Source of the DNA: Azolla caroliniana
Taxonomy: Eukaryota > Plantae > Polypodiophyta
Direction of reading: 5' to 3'
Length of the DNA: 64,000 bases
Assembly (NCBI GenBank): GCA_043228905.1
Contig: JBHGNT010000014.1
Coordinates: 992,001-1,056,000 of the forward strand
Positions 56,966-64,000 of this stretch are shown here, piece by piece. The notes beneath the pieces were generated by a model, which was not told where the DNA came from, did no database searches, and saw only the letters and a program-made list of their open reading frames with translations. The position numbers and the translations under genes were made by a program. Each line of letters opens with the position of its first letter. The first letter of the stretch is position 1.

Positions 56966-59900
56966 ATGGAAGGCGGCGGCAGCGGGCAGCCGGGGATGAT
57001 GGTGCTGAACGCACAGAATTACGCCGACTGGAAGATCAAGATGGAGGATCTTCTGATTGTTCGGGACCTGTACGAACCGATTGACAGGTCGGAAATACCG
57101 AAGGGGGTACTTGAGTCGGAGTGGAAGCTCCTGAACCGGAAAGCCGTAGCGACGATCCGACAATATGTCGATGTAAGCGTCCTACAACATGTGGCGAACG
57201 ACACCAACGCATATGAAATGTGGAAGAAGCTGTCGGGCCTCTACGAGAGGAAGAATGCGTTGAACCGGACCTCCCTGATGAGGAAGATTGTGAATCTCAA
57301 GTACCGGGACGGCGAGAGTATGGTGGAACACGTAAGCACGTTCATGGGATTCGTGAATCAGCTTGCGGCGATCAAGTTCCCGCTGGAGGATGCAATGCAA
57401 GCCATCATCTTGATGTGTACATTGCCGGACAGCTGGGAGAACTTGGTGGTGACTCTCAGCACCTCCTGCACCGAAGATAACTTGTCCTTGCAAACGGTAA
57501 AGACAAGTATCTTGAACGAAGAAGCGCGTCGGAGAGACAAGGAACCGGCCTCCGAACCGAAGATGCTATTTACCGAATCGGATCGGGGAAGACAATGGAA
57601 CCGGAGTCCGCAAAGACGGGAGAAGTCGGGGACCCGGTCGCAGTCAAGAGGAAGGCCCACATGCTTCCACTGTGGGAAGCCGGGGCACTTCCGAAAGAAC
57701 TGTCGGCATTACCGAAAAGACAACGGAGCCGACGACACCGATTCGAAGAAGTCACCGGAGAGAAACGGTGCATACCGGGGAGCCACGGACCGGAGAGGTT
57801 CGGATCGGCGAGGGCAGGACCGGAAAGGAACGACGGCACTCGCGGCAAGTGAAGAAGAAATCATGCTCATCACCGAAGAAGGTGAGCTAAACATTGCCGG
57901 CGATGAGACGACCTGGGTGGTCGATTCCGGAGCATCGTTCCACCTGACCCCGGAGAGAAGATACTTCTCATCCTACACAGCCGGGGAGCATGGCTGCGTT
58001 CGGATGGGAAACGAAGGTACGTGCCGGATTGCCGGCATAGGAGACGTGTGGTTGACAACCCCGACCGGATGCAAAATGCTGCTGAAGAATGTCCGACACG
58101 TTCCGGAGGTCCGACTGAACCTGATTTCGGCCGGGAGGCTAGATGATGAAGGCTACACGGGTAGCATCCGGAACGGTGTCATGAAGTTCAGCAAGGGGAG
58201 CTTGATAGTGGCTCGGGCCCGGAAGGTCAACACACTGTACCTGATGAATGCCTGGTTGTGTCCGGAAGAGCTGAACGTGGCAGCCGACACTGCCGGTGAG
58301 CTGTGGCACAAAAGACTGTGCCACATGAGTGAGAAGGGGATGAAGAGGCTTGCAGAAGACAACCTTATCCCAGTGAAGCATGTGCACCTGGAGAAGTGCA
58401 CCGATTGCCTGGCCGGTAAGCAGAACCGAACTTCCTTCCACTCAAGGCCACCGACGAGACGCAGTGCACCATTGGAGTTGGTGCACACGGACGTGTGTCA
58501 AGTAGAAACGAAGTCACATGGCGGAGCCCAGTACTTCGTAACATTCATCGATGATCATAGCCGAAAACTGTGGACGGCACCGATGAAGACAAAGGACCAA
58601 GTGTTGTGCGTCTTCAAAGAACTCCACGCGAGAGTGGAAAGGGAATCCGGCAAGAAGCTGAAAGCGATACGAGCGGATAACGGAGGGGAATACCGGGGGC
58701 AGTTCCAGGAGTACTGTCGCTCGAAGGGAATCCGACTCGAGTTTACTGTGCCGAAGACGCCGGAACTGAACGGGCTGGCCGAGAGGATGAACCGGACCAT
58801 AATGGAGAGGGTCCGGAGTATGCTGGCACATGCGAAATTACCCAAGGGATTTTGGGCTGAGGCAATGTCGACGGCGACATATGTGATAAACAGATCACCC
58901 TCAGTACCTTTGGACGGAGACACGCCGCAGAGAGTGTGGACCGGTAGGGAAGTATCCTACCGGCATCTGAAGGTGTTCGGGTGTCTCGCATACGTGCATG
59001 TGGCAAAGGACCGGAGAGGAAAGCTAGATCCAAAGACCCGGCCATGCATATTCCTCGGTTACGGCGACGACGAGTTCGGCTACCGAGTATGGGACCCGGT
59101 TGACAAGAAGATATTCCGGAGTCGTGATATCATCTTCATGGAGAACAAGACACTCGCCGACTGGGAGTCGGAGAAGAAGATGAAGAGCTCCAAGTCGACT
59201 GGTGAGGATAAACTCTACGAGGAGCAGTCCCGACCGGCAAGGGACCGGTTAGCACTCGAGGATCCGGCCGAAGACGGTGAAGAAAGAGAACCGGCCGAGG
59301 AAGATGAAAATGATACCGGAACCGTTCCCGATCCCGAAATGGATTCGGATGAAGAAGAAGAATCGGGAGAACCGGTTACCGAAGCTCCGGAACGGAGATA
59401 TCCTCTAAGAGAGAGAAGGGCCCCCCGGAGATTTCCGGAACCAGAGCACGTGCTACTAACCGACGAGGGGGAGCCGGAGAGCTTTGAAGAAGCAAAGCAT
59501 GACACCCAGAGCCGCAAGTGGTTGAGTGCCATGCAGGACGAGATGGATTCCCTGCATGAGAACCACACATATGAACTTGTGGAGTTGCCGAAAGGAAAGC
59601 GGGCACTTCGAAACAAGTGGGTGTTCAAGCTGAAACCGGGAGATGCCGGAAACCCCCCGAGATACAAAGCCAGGATCGTGGTGAAGGGGTTTCAGCAGAA
59701 GAAGGGCGTCGACTTCGACGAGATATTTGCCCCGGTAGTGAAGATGACCTCTATCCGGACGGTGCTGAGCATAGCGGCAAGCATGGACCTCGAGGTAGAA
59801 CAGATGGACGTGAAGACGACATTCCTTCACGGTGACCTCGATGAAGAGATCTACATGCAGCAACCGGAAGGATTCGAGAAGAAAGGGAAGGAGCACCTGG

Positions 59901-61222
59901 TATGCCGGTTGAAGAAGAGCCTTTACGGACTGAAGCAGGCTCCCCGGCAATGGTACCGGAAGTTCGATTCCTTCATGACCGACGAAGGGTACCTCAAAAC
60001 GCAGTCCGACCACTGCGTGTTTGTGAAGAAGTTCGAAGGAGGAGACTCTCTAATACTCCTCTTGTACGTGGACGACATGTTGATCGTCGGACGGGACCAG
60101 GTCAAGATACGGATGCTGAAGAAGGCTCTTCACCGAACCTTCTCAATGAAGGACCTGGGTCCGGCGAGGCAAATACTAGGGATGCACATCATCCGGGACC
60201 GGAAGAAGAAGCAGTTGGGTCTGTCACAGGAGAAGTACGTGACGAAGGTGCTTCACCGGTTCAACATGTCGGAAGCGAGACCGGTCGGATCGACCCTCCC
60301 GACAAACTGCAAGCTGACCAGCAAGCAAAGTCCCAAGACAAAGGCTGAAAAGGAGGATATGATGGAAGTGCCGTATGCCTCAGCCGTCGGGAGCTTGATG
60401 TACGCCATGGTGTGTACGAGACCGGACATAGGATATGCAGTCGGAGTGGTGAGCCGGTACATGAGCAATCCCGGCAAAGAGCACTGGAACGCGGTCAAGT
60501 GGATACTCCGATACCTGAAGGGCACGGCAAACGTGTGCCTCCGATTCGGCTCCGGTAAGCCCGAACTCGAAGGCTTTACTGATTCTGATATGTCGGCTGA
60601 TGCAGATACCAGCCGGTCCACATCAGGGTATGTGATGACGTATGCAGGGGGAGCTGTTTCGTGGCAGTCGAGGCTGCAGAAGACGGTTGCGTTGTCAACC
60701 ACGGAGGCGGAGTACATGGCGGCTGTTGAAGCCGGCAAGGAAATAATATGGATGAAGGACTTCATTAGAGAGCTCGGTATCCGGCAGGAGGAGTACCGAC
60801 TCTACTGCGACAGTCAGAGTGCAATCCACCTTGCAAAGAACGCGGCCTATCACTCCCGGACGAAGCACATCCAGCGAAGATATCACTGGATCCGGGAAAG
60901 GATAGAAGACAAGGAGTTCGTGCTGACGAAGATCCACACGGACGAGAACGGGTCGGATATGCTGACCAAGGTGCTCACACCCGACAAGCTGGAAGCATGC
61001 CGGAAGAGGATCGGAAGAGGATCCCATGCCGAAGTGAAGGGGGAGTTTGTTGGGATTACGGTCCCTTCGGATGGGATGGTCGGATCCGGTTGTCGGTTTC
61101 GGATCCGGATGACGAAGACCCCGGTTTCGGTACCGGATGACGAATGTACCCGGAGAGCGATCCGGATGCAGGGACATATCCGTGAATATGTTCGCTATGG
61201 GCCCCTGAGGCTACAGTTGTAA
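56966..61222 (+). CDS. Copia Gag-Pol polyprotein (Gag, zinc knuckle, protease, integrase, RT, RNase H), 1418 aa, uninterrupted
   Basis: CFHCGKPGHFRKNC; WVVDSGAS; WHKRLCH..CTDC; VHTD..RADNGGEY..NGLAERMNRT; SLYGLKQAPRQW; LLYVDDMLI; GFTDSD..TEAEY..CDSQSAI..HSRTKHI. Confidence 0.97.
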   Translation: MEGGGSGQPGMMVLNAQNYADWKIKMEDLLIVRDLYEPIDRSEIPKGVLESEWKLLNRKAVATIRQYVDVSVLQHVANDTNAYEMWKKLSGLYERKNALNRTSLMRKIVNLKYRDGESMVEHVSTFMGFVNQLAAIKFPLEDAMQAIILMCTLPDSWENLVVTLSTSCTEDNLSLQTVKTSILNEEARRRDKEPASEPKMLFTESDRGRQWNRSPQRREKSGTRSQSRGRPTCFHCGKPGHFRKNCRHYRKDNGADDTDSKKSPERNGAYRGATDRRGSDRRGQDRKGTTALAASEEEIMLITEEGELNIAGDETTWVVDSGASFHLTPERRYFSSYTAGEHGCVRMGNEGTCRIAGIGDVWLTTPTGCKMLLKNVRHVPEVRLNLISAGRLDDEGYTGSIRNGVMKFSKGSLIVARARKVNTLYLMNAWLCPEELNVAADTAGELWHKRLCHMSEKGMKRLAEDNLIPVKHVHLEKCTDCLAGKQNRTSFHSRPPTRRSAPLELVHTDVCQVETKSHGGAQYFVTFIDDHSRKLWTAPMKTKDQVLCVFKELHARVERESGKKLKAIRADNGGEYRGQFQEYCRSKGIRLEFTVPKTPELNGLAERMNRTIMERVRSMLAHAKLPKGFWAEAMSTATYVINRSPSVPLDGDTPQRVWTGREVSYRHLKVFGCLAYVHVAKDRRGKLDPKTRPCIFLGYGDDEFGYRVWDPVDKKIFRSRDIIFMENKTLADWESEKKMKSSKSTGEDKLYEEQSRPARDRLALEDPAEDGEEREPAEEDENDTGTVPDPEMDSDEEEESGEPVTEAPERRYPLRERRAPRRFPEPEHVLLTDEGEPESFEEAKHDTQSRKWLSAMQDEMDSLHENHTYELVELPKGKRALRNKWVFKLKPGDAGNPPRYKARIVVKGFQQKKGVDFDEIFAPVVKMTSIRTVLSIAASMDLEVEQMDVKTTFLHGDLDEEIYMQQPEGFEKKGKEHLVCRLKKSLYGLKQAPRQWYRKFDSFMTDEGYLKTQSDHCVFVKKFEGGDSLILLLYVDDMLIVGRDQVKIRMLKKALHRTFSMKDLGPARQILGMHIIRDRKKKQLGLSQEKYVTKVLHRFNMSEARPVGSTLPTNCKLTSKQSPKTKAEKEDMMEVPYASAVGSLMYAMVCTRPDIGYAVGVVSRYMSNPGKEHWNAVKWILRYLKGTANVCLRFGSGKPELEGFTDSDMSADADTSRSTSGYVMTYAGGAVSWQSRLQKTVALSTTEAEYMAAVEAGKEIIWMKDFIRELGIRQEEYRLYCDSQSAIHLAKNAAYHSRTKHIQRRYHWIRERIEDKEFVLTKIHTDENGSDMLTKVLTPDKLEACRKRIGRGSHAEVKGEFVGITVPSDGMVGSGCRFRIRMTKTPVSVPDDECTRRAIRMQGHIREYVRYGPLRLQL

Positions 61223-61636
61223 ATAGCCCAAAGTCATATGAGTATAAATATGACTTAGGGCAAACTGTTTTGTTGTTGCTTCTCATTTTTCTGTTTTTCC
61301 ACTCAAGAGGAGTGAAGAGTAAGCAGCCGTGAGAGAGAGAGAGAGAGAGATAGAGCGCGAGAGAGGAAGAGGACGACGCCTCTGTGTATTTCCGCCGCCT
61401 GTGGCGAGGACAGCGAGCTCAAGGTTGTCGCCTTGGAGCTCGTCATTGTATACTTCTCTTTGTATAGTGTTGTTTGGAGTCTTGTACTCCCGTGGTTTTT
61501 CCCATCTAGGGTTTTCCACGTTAATCACTGTGTACTCGTGTATTTCTCTTTTGGTTCCTATTTTCTGCTCCATTGATCCGCAATTACTCGGTTGTGGCCG
61601 ACTGAAGAAGGTGAATCGAAGCGTTGATTCTCAACA
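61048..61636 (+). repeat. Copia 3' LTR, 589 bp
   Basis: Identical to the 5' LTR, preceded by the PPT and followed by the TSD. Confidence 0.97.
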
Positions 61637-62157
61637 TGTATGTATTAACAAACGACAAACAACACAACACAGAGTCGGTTACAACCGAACAGGCCGGCGA
61701 ACAGATGCCGATACCTGTTCGTAAACGCACAGAAAGGCAGGAGCAGGCTGGAGGTGCTGCCGGAAGCACTCGGGCATTCCTCAGAGCAGCGCGAGCCTCC
61801 CGAAACCTGCACAGAAGGAAGCTATGGAGTTTGCGAACCAGAGAGAGAGAGAGAGAAGCCTTCGCACGCAAACCGACAGCACTTCGTCCTCAACTCTCCG
61901 CGATCCCTCTACCCTCCTCGTCTCCCTCCTTTTATAGGCAAGGAAGGAGCCGTTTCCCCTTTACTCCCTACCTACCGAATCTACCTAGGATCTCCTATGT
62001 ACAACTTAAGGCGCACGTGCATGAAGAGTCGGTTTCTACGCTCCGGTGCACGGATTCCGCTCGTGGACGGTTTTCTTCATGACATCCGCCCCCACCTAAC
62101 CGCGCATCCACCGGCATCCGCCAAATTGTGTTGGGACGGAGAAAACCGGTCCAGCCT

Positions 62158-64000
62158 TCATTCCCCGCCCGTCGGTTCTTCCTCGGTTTCGGATCGTTCG
62201 TCGTCCCGGTCTAGGCTAACCGGATCCGTCTCGTTGTCATGACGCTTCTTGAACGCTTTGATCCGCTTCCCAGCTACCGGTATCGCTATTCTTGTGCCGT
62301 CGAGTTCCGCCAAATGGTACGTCCCGTTGTCGTTGGCGCTTTGTACCACGTAAGGCCCGAACCACCTTCTTGCGAACTTCCGTGTCGCTCGGTGCTGGTT
62401 GTCGAGGCTGCTGTCGTAGACTAGCACCCAGTCGCCTTCCTCGATCCGCTTCGGTCGGAGCCGGTGCGTTTGGTCGAACCGGGCTTTGTTCCTCGTCCTT
62501 GCCACTCGAAGCTTTCCCGCGGCCTGCTCCACGTCCTCCGGTCTTCGCTCGAGCTGTCGTATGTGCGCCGCCAACAGTTCCTCCCGGCTCATCTCGTCTC
62601 TCCAGTCCACGGTTGCCCAAGAGGAGATCGTGCGTTCCATCGGCATGATCGACTTCTGCCCAAACATCAGCTCTGCCGGCATGAATCCGGTTACCGAACT
62701 ATGCGTAGTTCGGTTTGCCCACAACGCGTAAGGCAACAGCCGCGGCCAGTTCCCGACTTGACCTCCGCATGCCCGAACTAACGCCTTGACGATCGGTCCG
62801 TGTCCGCGCTCCACCTTTCCATTCGCCTCCGGATTGTACGCAGTGGTAAGCGAGAGCTTGACTCCTAGCCGGTCGAACAACTCCTCGGCCTCTTCGGCGT
62901 CTAGCTCCCCGCGATCGGCCACGATCTTCCCGACGCACCCGTACCGGCATATCACGTCCTCGATCAGGAACCGACATACGGCCGCGGTCGTTTTGTTCTG
63001 AAGGGCTCGGCCTTCCACCTGGTTCGTCAGATCTTCCCGAGCCAGGACCAGATACCGCATCTGTTCGACTCCCATCGGCATCGTCACCAGATCTACCATC
63101 CATTTGAAGTGGATGGTCGGAGGGTACGTAGGGTGAAGCTCGTCCCGATGTCGGACTATGGAGTGCATTTGACAGCTCTCGCAAGTTGTCACGAACTGAT
63201 GCACGTCCCGGTACAGTCCCGGCCACCAGTACTTCCCCTCTCGAACGTGGCCCACGTTCCACGGTGTCCAGCCCAAGGGCTGTCGTGGTAGGCCGTCAGC
63301 AGCTCTTCCTGTTCTTCCTTCATCGCCACCACCCGGAGCGGGACGCGGTTCCTCTTCTTTGGGTGCTTCCATAAGTATCCGTCCTGGAGAAAGAATCGAT
63401 ATGCTTTCTTCCGGATCCGGTTGGCCTCGTCCTTCGTCCATGACGCATCCGGCGTCATTGTCCTCAAAAATCCACCGATTTGTAGCCACTCGCCGTCGTA
63501 CTTGCTCTCGTCGAAGCCGTTAAGTGCCGGAGTGCTCGCCCCGTCAGTCGTCACGTACACCGCCTCGAAGAAGTCCACGCCGACTTCTTTGTCCTCCGAA
63601 ACCATGCCGCCCTCGTCATCAAACCTCGCCCTCGAAAGCATGTCGGCCATGGCGTTGTCTTTTCCGGAAATGTGTCGTATTTCCGGGTCCAGGGACTTGA
63701 TGTACGCTATCCACCTGAGCATCGCCTGGTCCGGTGTCGCGCATCCGGAAACCATGCCGAGAATCGGCAGGCAATCCGTCTCGATAACCACTTCCGTCCC
63801 GATCAGGTAATCTTTGTCGGCCTTTACTGCCGAAACGATACCCCAGAGTTCGCGTTTAACCTGGGCGTACCCTCGATGTCGTTCACTGAGGACCTTCGCG
63901 CCGAATCGGATCGGGAACCAAATGCCGTTCTTGTCCTCTTGGTTGACGACCCATCCGATCCCGGTCGGACTTGTATCCACTGTTATGTATACCGGGGTAC
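62158..64000 (-). pseudogene. Ty3/gypsy element B pol (RNase H + integrase), one frameshift near 63240; continues beyond the window
   Basis: RNase H: DTSPTGIG..KRELWG..ETDCLP..NAMADMLSR. Integrase: HDSPWAGH / KYWWPGLYRDVHQFVTTCESCQ, WMVDLV, VADRGE, NGKVERGH, WFGPYVV. RH-then-INT order indicates gypsy; no chromodomain seen. Confidence 0.92.

Larger units (their letters stand above)
56348..61636 (+). mobile_element. Full-length Ty1/copia LTR retrotransposon, 5289 bp (Tto1/Tork-like)
   Basis: LTRs 56348-56936 and 61048-61636 (TGTTG..CAACA), TSD TGTAT at 56343-56347 and 61637-61641, PBS TGGTATCAGAGC at 56940-56951 (tRNA-iMet), PPT at 61031-61045. Confidence 0.98.
56162..62084 (-). mobile_element. 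3' LTR of Ty3/gypsy element B (~0.63 kb net), split by the copia insertion
   Basis: On the minus strand it starts TGTCATGAAG at 62084, directly after the polypurine tract GTTAGGTGGGGGCGGA (62100-62085), has TATAAAA at ~61930, and ends ..CCGTACA at 56162. The left boundary is inferred from the CA end and loss of gag-like sequence. Confidence 0.78.

Noticed and set aside
56945-63810. Numerous antisense or overlapping ORFs in the retrotransposons
   Set aside because: Expected shadow frames in GC-rich coding DNA; no independent motifs.

Overview
This is eukaryotic land-plant nuclear DNA with GT-AG introns and an AT-rich, microsatellite-rich background; a seed-free plant such as a fern is plausible but not provable here. 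Four spliced host genes were reconstructed by hand, each with consistent reading-frame phase: (1) a class-3 lipase on + (1564-5568, 5' exon(s) not found in the window); (2) a MORN-repeat PIP5K on - (15527-20387, 8 coding exons, 822 aa); (3) the proteasome ATPase RPT6 on - (31401-38835, 9 exons, 400 aa); (4) a Whirly ssDNA-binding protein on - (42555-46433, 7 exons, 256 aa). Intergenic space holds LINE remnants, a decayed plastid petA fragment, small fold-backs and tandem duplications. From 46.7 kb onward the window is a transposon cluster. It contains a 5.3-kb TIR element with a C2H2/Ulp1-protease remnant, Ty3/gypsy debris, and a three-layer nest: an intact Ty1/copia with identical 589-bp LTRs, inside the 3' LTR of a minus-strand gypsy, inside the decayed gag of an older gypsy. 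I found no convincing new multi-gene system. The best leads are the possibly active copia whose ORF reads into its LTR, the CCGG enrichment of the young elements, the ULP-carrying TIR element at the Whirly promoter, and an unexplained ~1-kb ORF-like insert in an LTR-like segment. All calls come from manual reading; no database searches were run.
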